NCBI GenBank assembly: GCA_964016885.1
Contig: OZ024741.1
Coordinates: 9,982,001-10,046,000 of the forward strand
Length of the DNA stretch: 64,000 bases
Direction of reading: 5' to 3'
Source: Eledone cirrhosa
Taxonomy: Eukaryota
A program made the translations under genes and the position numbers. The notes below the pieces were generated by a model that worked only from the letters and a program-made list of their open reading frames with translations, was not told where the DNA came from and did not search any database. Below, one piece after another: positions 40,265 to 54,320 of the stretch (position 1 is the stretch's first letter; each line of letters starts with the position of its first letter).

Positions 40265-42941
40265 ATGGATAAACTGGCAACCTTAGCGTCACTGAAGGAC
40301 ATCCCCCTACCTGATAAACGAGAATACACCAGTGATCTCATCAAGAGTACGGACTCCCTCATCCGTAGGATGAGATGGAAGGCGTTCCACTTCGAAAGAG
40401 GAACGCAGAAAACTACAAACACAGAAAACATGGAGTACCTTTTTAGATCAAGGAGGAATCCCCCCCATAACAGACTAATGGAGGAGTTTGAAAACGAGAT
40501 GATTAACATCATATCCAACCTCAAATTCTCCGGAAACCCAACCAGAAGTCAGGAGTACCTCAGACACCTGAGAAACCGGATTACAGTACTTAAAGGGACA
40601 ACTGGAATACTTGTCCATGCTGACAAAACAAACAACCTCTACAACATGAACACTGAACTGTACAATAAGCTAATCCTCAGGGAACTGAGGAAGTGCTACA
40701 AAAAAACACCTGGATTTACCCTGGATGAGATCAATGCCACAGCTTACAGGATTATATCCAGAATCGGCATAGAGGACAGGACGGCCCCATACCAACCAAG
40801 GGAGCCGCGGATTACCCTTAAAGACCACAAGTCAAACATGAGTCCGACCTCCCTGTCAGACTAATAGCCCCCTCCAGATCTGACCTAGGGATCGTCAGTA
40901 AAAGAATACTGGATAGGATTTTGCCCAAGCTTCGGAAAAAAACCAAATTACAGCAATGGTCATGCACGAGAGAAGTAATAGAATGGTTCAAAATACTGCA
41001 GGAGAAAAGTAGGACCAGCTTTATACAACTGGACATCGCAAGCTACTACTCCTCAATCTCACCCATAGTACTTAATAAGGCCCTATTTTTAGCGATGTCC
41101 AATACGGACCTAACCCGAGAGGAGGTGAGCATCATCCACGCCGCAAGAAAGACCTTAATCCGCTTCGATGGAGACCTGTGGACCAGGAGTGATTGGCCAA
41201 ATAACTTTGACATCACGATGGGCTCCAGCGACTCAGCGCAGGTAACGGACCTGGTTGGGCTCTACCTGCTGAAGCAGATAAAAGATGAAATCCCCTGCCT
41301 GGGCGGCGGATTATATCGTGACGATGCTCTATTCACAGTACATGACCACAGCACCAATATGTTGGAGGGTATGAGGAGGCGTATTCGCCATTTCTTTAAG
41401 AACCAGGGGCTCAGCATAGAAATAGACCCAAATAGGAAGGTAGTTAACTTCCTAGACACCACCCTAAACCTGAACACCGAGCAATACTACCCCTACCACA
41501 AGCCCAACGAGAAACTAGTATATGTTAACGCCAAATCAAACCACCCTAGATCCATAACCAAGGCAGTGGTGAAGAGTGTCTCGGACAGGATCTCCAGCCT
41601 GTCCGCAAGTAAGGAAATATTCAACAACCACGCGGAATATTACAACGCAGCTCTAAAGAAGGCGGCACATGGACAAAATATAACATATAGTCCGAAAAGC
41701 CGGGAGGTGGATAGCCCAACAGACACCCACAACCGCGTTACCAGAAGGGGGAGGGCGAACCCTAACAATACAGGCAGAGCAAAATCAAATAGGCACCATG
41801 TACCAGACACCACCACACGGGCGGTGGGGACTAGTGCGCTTGACCACGAGATGGAGCACAATATGAGTAGCAGTCTCAGACGTGATGCTAACTACCCCAG
41901 GACGGACAACCCCAACCGCAGGACACGTGGGGGGGGGGAAACGGGCGACCACCCCACGATGGATCTCCCGGGGCAGACAACAACCACCCCACAAATCCGG
42001 GCCGTGAAGATAACAGAAAGTATAGAGCCCAAAAGGGAAGCAACAGTGCGGAAACCACCAGCAAACCAACAAATCTCCAACAAATCACGAAGCCCCCAAC
42101 CCACACATATAGGAGGAGACACCGACAAATCACTTGGTACAACCCACCCTACTCAGCGGCCCTAAAGAAAAGCTTGGCCCGATTGTTCTTTGGAGCACTT
42201 GACAAATGCTTCCCGAGGGACCACAGATACCACAGGATCTTCAACAGACACACTGTGAAGCTTTCGTATTCCACCACGAGAAATTTGGCCCAACACATAG
42301 CTAGCATCAACAGAAGTAGGCTTAAAAACCACACACAACCAGAAGATGGCAATACAAACACTCAGCAGAACCATGTGAAAGGAGGGAAGGGGGGACCCAG
42401 AGCCCACCCAAGAAACACAAACAGACCCAAGGACCCCCCACCGAGCATGGGGGAAGACCAACATGTAACACATAATGAGAACCCTAATCTAAGCACGCAG
42501 AGGCCGCCCACCCTCTGCAACTGTAGAAACCCCGAATCATGCCCCCTTGGTAATGAATGTCTCAAGAAGAACATAGTGTACGGTTGTAGGGTTAAAACCC
42601 CCAACTCCGAACACCTCTACATAGGAGCCACATCAACGAGCTTTAAGGACCGCTGGTACAACCATCGCCATTCATTCAAGAAGGAGGCCAAAAGGAAAAG
42701 CACAGCTCTCTCCGACCTGATCTGGAAGCTTAAGCTGGACAGGACCCCATACTCTCTGGCCTGGTACATAATCAGGAAAGTACCACCCGATAAAGGGGGA
42801 TCTTGCATATGCAAACTATGCCTGAACGAGACCCTCGAGATACTAAGAGGTGGAAGCGGCCTGATAAACCTCAGAACCGACTTCTTCGGGACATGCAGAC
42901 ACCTTAGAGCCGGGACCTTTCTCAAAATATATGGACAGTAG
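40265..42941 (+). pseudogene. Naiad-like RT + GIY-YIG polyprotein broken by two frameshifts (~40838 and between ~41930 and 42110)
   Basis: Motifs IRRMRWKA, ADKTNN, KDHK..VRLIAP, LDIASYYSSI, TMGSSD, LYRDD, VNFLD, SNHP, ITWYNPPYS, CNCR..CPL..C, IVY..YIG and CKLC..E..CRH. Confidence 0.88.
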
Positions 42942-44035
42942 CAACACAAGAAGATGTGAACTCCCCTCAAGCCATAGGGAACAACCCAGGCGGAGCAGAC
43001 ACCATGATAGCCTAGAGACAGAATCGGACACAGCCATAATAATCTGGCCAACATCTATAACACAAACACTTTTAATTTACCAGATTTCTGACTTTAAAGT
43101 TCCAATCTTAAATCTTGATTTCTCTATATTAATTTGTTATTTGTTTTCTGCCCTCTTCACTGTATAACCTTATATTTATATTTATTTTAAGTTGAGATAG
43201 ATTATAACACAAACACATTGAATATCTCATCTTAACATCTTGTATCATACCAATCTATCCAACATATTCTGACCTTGAGATTGGTTATAGCACACACACA
43301 CACACACTTTATCCTACATTATTTCTCACTTCTCCATATACATTATCATTACTTTTTCACCAATCTCTCATTTACTCTTTATTCTTTATTCTCTATTTAT
43401 TTATTTATTTTCAAATTACACAAATTATATTAATTATTTTATTTTATTATATTATTTATTTATCTTCTGTTTTCTTCATTTATTGCCTTATATTTCTTCA
43501 TATACATGAAATAACCCCCACCCCCCCGCCACCACCACTACGATGGTGGCGGGTGGGATGAAGAGAAAACACAAACTGAATACTTATAAATTGTTAGCAG
43601 CAGCAAGATATAAGCTGACCACTACAACAACAACAGTACCAAAATAATGGTGGAGGTCAAATGTACTGAACAATAGCAGGCATAAACACAACAGGGAGCC
43701 TCACCCCAGAAAGAATTCTATAGACTTCTGACTGAGGAATGCTCTCAGAACTGAACAATGGGAAGTTTGACACATTTTTTGATATTTTGTTCCTTCAACA
43801 CCTTGTCCCTTCTACCATTTTATCAATTTTTAAGCTAACTCCAACAATGACAACACTAATAACTGACCAATGAGAGGAGAAGGGGACCTGTGACACTAAA
43901 ATTCGTTTGTTTGAATTCATATGACTCCAGTTCCTCAGTGAATTAACAACCCAACAAGGAACTGGGCATATCAGAGTATTGACAATATCATACACCTAAA
44001 CAACATATGTACTTGTCTATACCATACTAATTCAA

Positions 44036-44090
44036 ACTGCCTGAAGAGGTCACAGCCAAAGATGGCTGTCACTGAAATATATATAGCAGT
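44036..44090 (+). ncRNA. Type I hammerhead ribozyme (family F) in the 3' pLTR
   Basis: ACTGC CTGAAGA GGTC ACAGCCA-AAGA-TGGCTGT CACT GAAA TATATA TA GCAGT. Confidence 0.88.
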
Positions 44091-44406
44091 AATAAACGAA
44101 GCTAAATTTTAATCATTTGACTTTTATTTAACTTTATTTTACACTACTCCGGAGTAACCAAACCAACCTGCGCACTTCGTCGAGTGCTCCAGCCTGCATA
44201 CTGAGGTGTTGGTATACAACCAACATAAACTCAAAATATATATATTTATATATATGTATATATATATATATATGTATATATGTGTGTGTATATATATATG
44301 TGTATATGTATTTATGTATATATGTATGTATGTGTATGTTTGTGTACATATGTGTGTATATGTGTATGTGTATGTGTATGTATGTGTATATATGTGTATA
44401 TTTGTG

Positions 44407-44455
<49 letters not shown>

Positions 44456-44616
44456 ATATAGTATATATATATGTGTGTGTATGTATATATGTGTGTGTGT
44501 ATGTATGTATATGTGTGTATATATGTATGTGTGTGTATGTGTGCATATGTATGTATTTATATGTATGTGTATGTGTGTGTATATGTGTATATATGTGTAT
44601 GTGTGTATATATGTGT

Positions 44617-45222
44617 CAGGTCACCACTTGGTGCTACTGGTAACATGTATCCCAGTACAACCTGTCTCATGGTCGGGTCGTTGGCGACTAAACTGGCAAC
44701 CCCACCAAGGTTTCTTGGTGAGGAGGGTGATTTTGGACATCCTGCAGGACTAAAAACAAAACCTGTCAAAGGGCTAAGGAGCTCTTAAGAGTCAATGGCC
44801 ATCCAAAATCACCGGGAGAGATGACCCCTTAGCCTTTGTCAAGGCAGAATTCTAGGAGAAGGAAAACTCTGATATAACACCTGCAACCCTGATGGCATCC
44901 AATGATGTTGACTTGTTCTTCTTTTTGGTAAATATCATCTTGGTTAAGAGAGTGGGACTGGCTTTGTGCAGTGCCTTTGCTCACTATAAAAGCTTCACGG
45001 CACAGGCATTGCTTTATATCTGGAGATCTCTCTGCACTTGTCCTCACATGGTACCATGGGCCCAGCACTATGTGTCAATAATTGTCACAAGTGTAGTGTT
45101 TGTACCAGAGTTTTCAAGTCGCTGGCTGGACTAAAAAGTCACACTCGTTCAGCGCATTGGTAGGAGTTCTCCTACATGGATATAAAGTAGTGGCCGTACT
45201 CGAAAACGAGTTGGCAGCCACC

Positions 45223-45224
<2 letters not shown>
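44617..45224 (+). mobile_element. Bipartite RTE-derived element, full copy
   Basis: Same CAGGTCACC start and GGCAGCCACCAT end as 19548-20155. Confidence 0.85.
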
Positions 45225-45286
<62 letters not shown>

Positions 45287-45303
45287 ATATATATATATAT
45301 ATA

Positions 45304-45338
<35 letters not shown>

Positions 45339-45403
45339 TTGTGTGTATATGTATGTATGTATGTGTGTATGTCTGTGTATGTATATATATATATATATAT
45401 ACG

Positions 45404-45515
<112 letters not shown>

Positions 45516-45524
45516 TAGATAGAT

Positions 45525-46255
45525 AATTTAATATATCTACTAACATAAGCGCACAGATGTACGCTAATGCCAGCAAATACACAGGTTATGTCATAGTACC
45601 TAGGTGGTTCAATGCAGGAGGATGCAGAACAGTAATATAAAAGACGTAAAATAAGAAAATTTAAAAAAAAAAAAAAAAAAAAATTAACTTACTTAAATTT
45701 TCACTCCAACTAATTAGTTTCTGCAATGGGATATAGACAGTTACGTAATGAACTGTTGAGAATTTCATTGCGTCATCAGGGAGATCATTCTCAGCCAAGT
45801 CTCCAGGCAATGCGCAGACACTGGGGACTCATATAAAAATAATAATAATTCGGTAAATGGAACAGCTATCGAGGACTGGATTCCAGGTACTGAAAATTCT
45901 CACTGCCACTGGTCATATGGCCGATTCTAAAGAATCAATCACGTGACACAGAGGCTAGTCAGTAGGAATTGGATGGTAAGATGACAGACGCCTACTAATA
46001 CCCCAAACAATTTAGAAGTGGTTTTGGCAGGTTTACTCGACAAATCAGTGATTTGGAGATAAATATAGATAATTTGATATATCTACTAACATAAGCGCAC
46101 AGATGTACGCTAATGCCAGCAAATACACAGGTTATGTCATAGTACCTAGGTGGTTCAATGCAGGAGGATGCAGAACAGTAATATAAAAGACGTAAAATAA
46201 GAAAATTAAAAAAAAATTTAGTTGGAGTGAAAATTTAAGTAAGTAAGTTAATTTT
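45525..46255 (-). mobile_element. Diverged copy of the family D retrozyme-like element with direct repeats
   Basis: 45530-45662 is repeated at 46077-46207. Homologous to 34980-35855. Confidence 0.8.
45703..45783 (-). ncRNA. Type I hammerhead ribozyme (family D variant)
   Basis: Minus strand reads CTCC CTGATGA C GCAATG...CATTGC A GAAAC TAATTA GTT GGAG. Confidence 0.85.
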
Positions 46256-46545
46256 TTTTGAAAATTTTTTAAAAAAAATTGTTAATAACTCCCTCTGGTC
46301 GAGCAATCTTTGAAGTGTGGGGACTGCTGGAAAGCTTCCATTACTCATACTTCTCGCCTCCTTCACCACCTCTTCTGCGGCTTCGATATAAATACCCCCT
46401 CCGCCTCCGTGGTATTTTCTTCGGGGTTATAGGAGGCTTAGCTCTGTTTCTCGACCGTTATATCGCGTGACTATCTACCCCTCCGCCTTTTGGGATTCTT
46501 TCTCACGTCGTGTAGACGCGTTCTTGAGACTAGTAAAATGAGGTA

Positions 46546-46635
46546 TCCTCTTGATAAGTCGGCAGACCTCGCAAGGACTCTATATCTTTATGATGTATTG
46601 TTTTTGTTTATGCCACGAAACTACGTAGTCGAGGA
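46546..46635 (+). ncRNA. Degenerate hammerhead (family G); core reads TTGATAA instead of CTGATGA
   Basis: Stem I TCCTC/GAGGA, stem II GT.GGCA/TGCCAC, then GAAA CTACGTAG TC. Confidence 0.55.
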
Positions 46636-46704
46636 ATCTAGGAGCAGTTTAGGTATGATACATTTTATTACTAATTATATCTAAATGTTTCTTCTCTCTT
46701 CATA

Positions 46705-46778
<74 letters not shown>

Positions 46779-46796
46779 CTCTTGTCTTATACGGAG

Positions 46797-46845
<49 letters not shown>

Positions 46846-47057
46846 AGTCTCTTTGTATGTTAATGTACGCGTATGTATGTGTGTGTATATATATGTGTGT
46901 GTGTGTGGGGGTGGACCAGTATTTTTTTCCTGCTAAAATGGTGTACATTATTCGATATTTTCAGTAAAATCGATTCTCTCAATAGAACATCAAAAACCTT
47001 AACAATAAAAGGTGTGAAATGATATTCACTATATATATATATATACATATATTCACT

Positions 47058-47105
<48 letters not shown>

Positions 47106-47184
47106 TTGTGTGTTGCACCATAGAACATGTGTGTTTACGTATGTCATTGTGTTTATATGTGGGTATGTATGTTGACGTCTGTAT

Positions 47185-47956
47185 GTTGTGGGTTCGTCTA
47201 AGAGAGAAGTGTTTAGACGGGGTCCATATTTGTTAATAAAGTAAGATCCCTTGCTGATGCGCTGGGTGTGGGTGGCATTATCTTTAAATTTGTAGAGGGA
47301 AAAGATTCTGAAGTTGGGATGATTTTGGGCGGCACAGGTATCAATGTGTTCACTCAGTGGTATTTTCCTGTATTCCCGTATTTTAATTTGGGATCTATGG
47401 ACAGTCATGCGTTGGCGGAGGCTGTTTTGGTCTGTCCTATGTATTGTTCTCGACAACCTGAGCAAGTTAATACATATATTAGATTTTCCGATGCACGTGC
47501 GAACTTGTGTTTTACTATAAAACGTTGTCCTTCTTTGAAATAGAATTCCGAACCCTCTATTAGGTTGATGCAAATGCCACAGTTGGGTCTATCGCATTTT
47601 TTTACTGTGGGTTTCGTGGTTGTGGTTGGTGGTACGTTGGCATGTGTTATGATGTTTTTCATTGACTTGGATTGTCTTTTTCTCTTTATGATATCGTGTG
47701 TTCGTAGGATTTGGTTCATTCTATGGTCCTTCTTCAACACAGGGATGTTCTCGAGGATGATGTCAAAGGCCTCATTGTTGAGAGGGTTGTGTGTGGAGAT
47801 GTATGGAAGAGCTTTTAGTTTCGGTTGATTTACTTTAAGGTGTCTAAGGTCCTGGGTACTGAGTTTTAGGTCACGTTGGATTCCATTGTCAATTAGTGAT
47901 GCAGGGTAGTCCCCGCCTATGAGTGTGGCCTTTAGATCTTGTAGCGCTGGAGCCAC
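47185..47956 (-). mobile_element. Neptune-like PLE 3' fragment (thumb, Cys linker, GIY-YIG)
   Basis: Motifs DYP..LI, PYISTHNP, CDRPNCGIC, NLIYVLTCSGC..YIGQT, then after a frameshift LRQRMTVHR..LSEH..PRLN. Confidence 0.85.
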
Positions 47957-48000
47957 TTTTTTAACATAAAAATAGGTAGAATTCCCAAAACTAATCAGAT

Positions 48001-48651
<651 letters not shown>

Positions 48652-48670
48652 CACACATATATATATATAC

Positions 48671-48895
<225 letters not shown>

Positions 48896-48991
48896 CTACC
48901 CGGAGTTGCGACCGATAGATAGAATTAGCAATTAGAAAGACCAATGGAAACATTGTTTCCTCGGTCTGATTTGACGAAAGTCGATCGACTG

Positions 48992-49036
<45 letters not shown>

Positions 49037-49669
49037 AAAAGGTAACACACCAGAGAGAGATATACAGTGCGCTATCAATAAAACGGGAAAAACCACCAGT
49101 GTATGGAATCTATAACCTATGAAAGGCAGACTATAGACATGATAATTAAAAAATATAAATTAAAGCATAAATAAATACCTCTGTAACTACAAATTCAAAG
49201 AGATATTTCGCCAGTAATTTGTTGACAGAAATGGAATAACCTCGGTTCATCAGCGTGTGTAAGGCTATACATTTCAGACAACACTAAGAGAATTTTAAAA
49301 GTGACTGTCCAGCTACACGTGGGAGAGAGAAGTCACAGCGTGTTTAAGGGCAGTGAACAAGTGGCCTCTGAGGGACGAGATGCTAGAAAGGGCAGCCCAA
49401 AACCACTCAGAGAAGTGTGCTCAACCAAAACAGAGAGACAGTAAAGACTGTTATAAGGAGCGAAATATCACGATAAATTAACGGAGTCATAGGCCCTCAC
49501 AATTCCCTGTAAATAATGTGCTCAAAGGAGAAGAAATCCTGAGCTCTTTAAAATACAATATGTTGAAAAGGTAACACACCAGACTAAACAACTAGAACAC
49601 TCATCCTAATAGACGACGGAGGATACATTTTCAAATCTATTTATTTCTCTCTTTCCTTATATATATGCA

Positions 49670-49723
<54 letters not shown>

Positions 49724-49772
49724 TAATAAAATAATGAAGAAACAAAGAAACAGTTCCTTATATTAAAAAAAT

Positions 49773-49914
49773 TCATCATTTTACGATCGTTTCTAGTATA
49801 TATATGTGTTAGAGTTGGTATGCATATTCTATAGATCTATGTACAATATTTATACAAACTATCAGAGGGAATATACATACCTACACATATATATGCTGTC
49901 TTCAGAAATAATGA
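49773..49914 (-). ncRNA. Hammerhead ribozyme, family C
   Basis: Inverse of 52003-52144. Confidence 0.75.
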
Positions 49915-50563
49915 TATTTGTTTATTGAAAAAAACAAAGATTCAATACAATAGGTCTGTTTGGGAACATGTTTTGAATTGACCAATAGAGAGATAGTGAG
50001 GGTCAAGATAGTAATATAGTAGTAGAAGAACCTTAAATTATGGGTAGTGGAAGGTAGATTTCAGTTTTGGATGGAAAAGAATATTATGAATGAAAGAATA
50101 TTTTAGGGAAGAAAATAGGTCGTGTGCTGACCTCAGAAATAATTTTATTTGTTCATTGAATAAAACCAACAAAGATCTAATATATTCTGTCTGTTTGGTA
50201 AGAGGTTTAGAATTAACCAATAGAAAGTTAATAATTGACCAAATGGTAAAATAGTAGTAATTGAAGCTTATTTTAGGGGTGAAAATAGGTCAGGTCAGTA
50301 AAAGGTATACAAGCAGTTGCTGTTATAAAATAGTAATGCCAATGCAAATATCTAAGGAGACTAAAGTTTTAGGATAAGAGTGTTAGTGAAAAAAATACAT
50401 CTATGAAAAGAATATAAATGAATTTAATTGATGGGTATATTTATATTGATAAAATTATACTAATATATATAGATATGATAAATAAGAGTTAGATGCAGTT
50501 GAAAAGTGGTGTTAAAGATGAGTGGAAATTAAAAGAATATAAAAATAATATATATATATATAC

Positions 50564-50623
<60 letters not shown>

Positions 50624-50637
50624 CCACACACACATAT

Positions 50638-50788
<151 letters not shown>

Positions 50789-51240
50789 TACATACATACA
50801 TATATATATACACACACATACACACTTACATATACATATAATTATACATATAATTATACATATAATAGGATATCCTATTAAATAAGCGACAGGAATTAAT
50901 AATATCGTGTAATCATAAACTGAGAAAAACATTTAAATATTATAAACCTAATTAATATACACTTTAGAAATTAATATATAAACTGTTTTTAATTTAGTTA
51001 ACCTATAATTAATATTCTACTACTGATGAACTACATAATTTTACTTTCCTTCTTACAACTATCATTTCCTAAAACTGATACAATTAAGTAAACATATATA
51101 ATGCTTTAACTTCAGGTTATGACTCTATGTTCCTTGTAATCTATATATATTTATTATTTCTCACTAATAAATTTAATCCCCCCCCCAATAATTATATGTA
51201 TATGTAAGTGTGTATGTGTGTGTATATATATATGTATGTA

Positions 51241-51289
<49 letters not shown>

Positions 51290-51332
51290 ACATATCTATA
51301 TATATATGTGTGTATATGTGTGTGTATGTGTG

Positions 51333-51369
<37 letters not shown>

Positions 51370-52002
51370 TATTTTTATATTCTTTTAATTTCCCCTCATC
51401 TTTAACAGCACTTTTCAACTGCGTCTAACTCTTATTTATCATATCTATATATATTAGTATAATTTTATCAATATAAATATACCCATCAATTAAATTAATT
51501 TATATTCTTTTCATAGATGTATTTTTTTCACTAACACTCTTATCCTAAAACTTTAGTCTCCTTAGATATTTGCATTGGCATTACTATTTTATAACAGCAG
51601 CTGCTTGTATACATTTTACTGACCTGACCTATTTTCACCCCTAAAATAAGCTTCAATTACTACTATTTTACCATTTGGTCAATTATTAACTTTCTATTGG
51701 TTAATTCTAAACCTCTTACCAAACAGACAGAATATATTAGATCTTTGTTGGTTTTATTCAATGAACAAATAAAATTATTTCTGAGGTCAGCACACGACCT
51801 ATTTTCTTCCCTAAAATATTCTTTCATTCATAATATTCTTTTCCATCTAAAACTGAAATCTACCTTCCTCTACCCATAATTTAAGGTTCTTCTACTACTA
51901 TATTACTATCTTGACCCTCACTATCTCTCTATTGGTCAATTCAAAACCTGTTCCCAAACAGACATATTGTATTGAATCTTTGTCTTTTTCAATAAACAAA
52001 TA

Positions 52003-52144
52003 TCATTATTTCTGAAGACAGCATATATATCTGTAGGTATGTATATTCCCTCTGATAGTTTGTATAAATATTGTACATAGATCTATAGAATATGCATACC
52101 AACTCTAACACATATATATCCTAGAAACGATCGTAAAATGATGA
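52003..52144 (+). ncRNA. Hammerhead ribozyme with very long stem II (family C)
   Basis: TCATTATTT CTGAAGA CAG CATATATAT..GGTATGTATATTC...GAATATGCATACC..ATATATAT CCTA GAAAC GATC GTA AAATGATGA. Confidence 0.8.
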
Positions 52145-52330
52145 ATTTTTTTAATATAAGGAACTGTTTCTTTGTTTATTCATTATTTTATTAATTTATC
52201 TTGACTCAGTTTTCCGTTTATTTTGCACCGAAAATAGTTTTTCAATGCATCTTCTCTTTTCATGATATCCGGATTACATTGAGTTCTTCATACGGATTGG
52301 ACACTACCGTAAATTTTTGGTAGATTTATC

Positions 52331-52398
<68 letters not shown>

Positions 52399-52608
52399 TT
52401 AGAGCAAACATCACGGGCGCACTATCTCAAAATTATTTTTGAAAAGCATTAGAAATGCGCAACCGGTAAAACTTAAAACCAAAACTGAATACTATTACTA
52501 ATTTTCACTTATTCCTAATTAAACTATTTTTCACTGTGCACAATTTGTCAGCATTTTCTTTTCCGTTTACCAATATATCATAACTCGTGTGTTACACCTC
52601 TATTCTTT

Positions 52609-52684
<76 letters not shown>

Positions 52685-52692
<8 letters not shown>

Positions 52693-53320
52693 GAGAAGAA
52701 AGAAGAATACTTCGTGGTTGCACATGGGTTACATATGATAAAAATAGTCCTTCGTCAGTGATTTTCCAACCATCATTGGTATTTCATCGCATTAAAAATC
52801 ATATACCTCAGGTTGGTGCGAGCAATAACTAAAAAAAGTTATTGGGACCAGTAAATCGCGTAAAGCGAGGGGGACAAGTAAACAACATAGAAGGATAAAA
52901 GCAAACCAAAGATAGAAAAAAAACAAGCAACATGGTTGTCCGCTCAGCATAATCTGGGTGGATTTCATGAGCGAAAGGTACAGACCGTCCGACGTGAGTG
53001 AGATGTCAGCAAGAAGAGACCCACTGTAAGCCAAACGGGAGGAAGTGAGAAGGGGAGAAACAGAGAGTGAGTGAGTGGAAGTGCGAGGAAGCAGTCAGTC
53101 GAGAGAAAGTGTAACTGACAGAGGGGGCGAAAGAATGTGTGAGAAACAGAGAGAACGGCGAAGCAGTAAGAGAGAAACAGACAAACGCAGCCGAGATAAA
53201 TATATATAAAAAACGTGAGAAGAAAGAAGAATACTGCGTGGTTGCACATGGGTTACATATGATAAAAATAGTCCTTCGTCAGTGATTTTCCGACCATCAT
53301 TGGTAATTCATCGCATTAAA
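52685..53320. mobile_element. ORF-less element with ~110-bp terminal direct repeats, inside (TA)n
   Basis: 52686-52795 is repeated at 53210-53320. Confidence 0.7.
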
Positions 53321-53331
53321 TATATATATAT

Positions 53332-54320
53332 ATGTATACAGATACCAAATCAACTGTCCTGACCCCAGTTGGGGAAACACCACCTTTCTCAATCCTCGCT
53401 GGAATTTTACAGGGCGATACCCTTGCTCCGTATCTATTTATCATTGTTGTGGATTATGTTTTGCGCATGTCTGTGGATAGGATTCAGGATAGGGGATACC
53501 AACTACAGCCTAGGAGAAGCTCACGCTACCCAGCAAAATACTTGACCGATACCGACTTTGCTGACGACATCGCATTGATCAGTCGGTCACTGGAAAATGC
53601 TGAGAGTCTTTTGAAGTCACTAGAGCGAGCGTCCAACTGTGTTGGACTGTACCTCAACGAATCCAAGACTGAGTATGTGAACAGATCCGCAAACAGCCCA
53701 AACTACCCCATCAGAACCCTTAATGGTACCACCCTTAAGCAGGTGGAAGATTACAAGTATCTTGGCTCATATATCTCCTCCTCCAAAAAAGATTTTCTAA
53801 CCAGGAAGGGTATGGCATGGTCAGCGTGCAATGACATGCACGCCATATGGACATCTCAACTTACCAACAAGCTAAAACTGGAAATATTCCAAGCAACCAT
53901 TAAGCCCATATTACTTTATGGATCCGAAACTTGAACACTAACATCACAACTTGAGAGGAGATTGGATGGCACATATACCCGCCTCTTAATGAGAGTGCAA
54001 AACCTATCCTGGAAATGACATCCCACCTTGTCTAAATATATGGCAAACTCCCTCGAGCCTCTGCCCTTCTAAAATCCAGGAGAGCTCAATTTGCTGGCCA
54101 CTGTCACCGTGCCAGCAATGAAATCATATCCGCTCTCTTGCTCTGGAACCCTGACTCCAGCCTGACTAGGAGTAGGAAGCTGTCATTCCCTGACGTTATC
54201 TCTAGGGATACGGGAATCAGTTGACAGGAGCTGGGGGCAGCGATGGGGGACAGGGAATTCTGGGGCATGAGAGTGAGATCCATCATCTCGACAGTAGTCG
54301 ACGAGTGATGATGGTGATGA
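53332..54320 (+). mobile_element. RTE-like LINE 3' fragment with stops and a (TGA)n tail
   Basis: Motifs GILQGDTLAPYLF, DFADDIAL, YKYLGS and LLYGSET, ending GAGTGATGATGGTGATGA. Confidence 0.85.

Larger units (their letters stand above)
39928..44237 (+). mobile_element. Near full-length Naiad-like Penelope element: inverted pLTR, partial direct pLTR, ORF, 3' UTR, pLTR
   Basis: 40040-40209 matches 44068-44237 in direct orientation, and 39928-40040 is the inverse of ~44027-44139. Flanked by TA-rich microsatellites. Confidence 0.9.

Noticed and set aside
49195-49260. Minus-strand hammerhead (CTGATGA...GAAA)
   Set aside because: Stem I does not pair convincingly.
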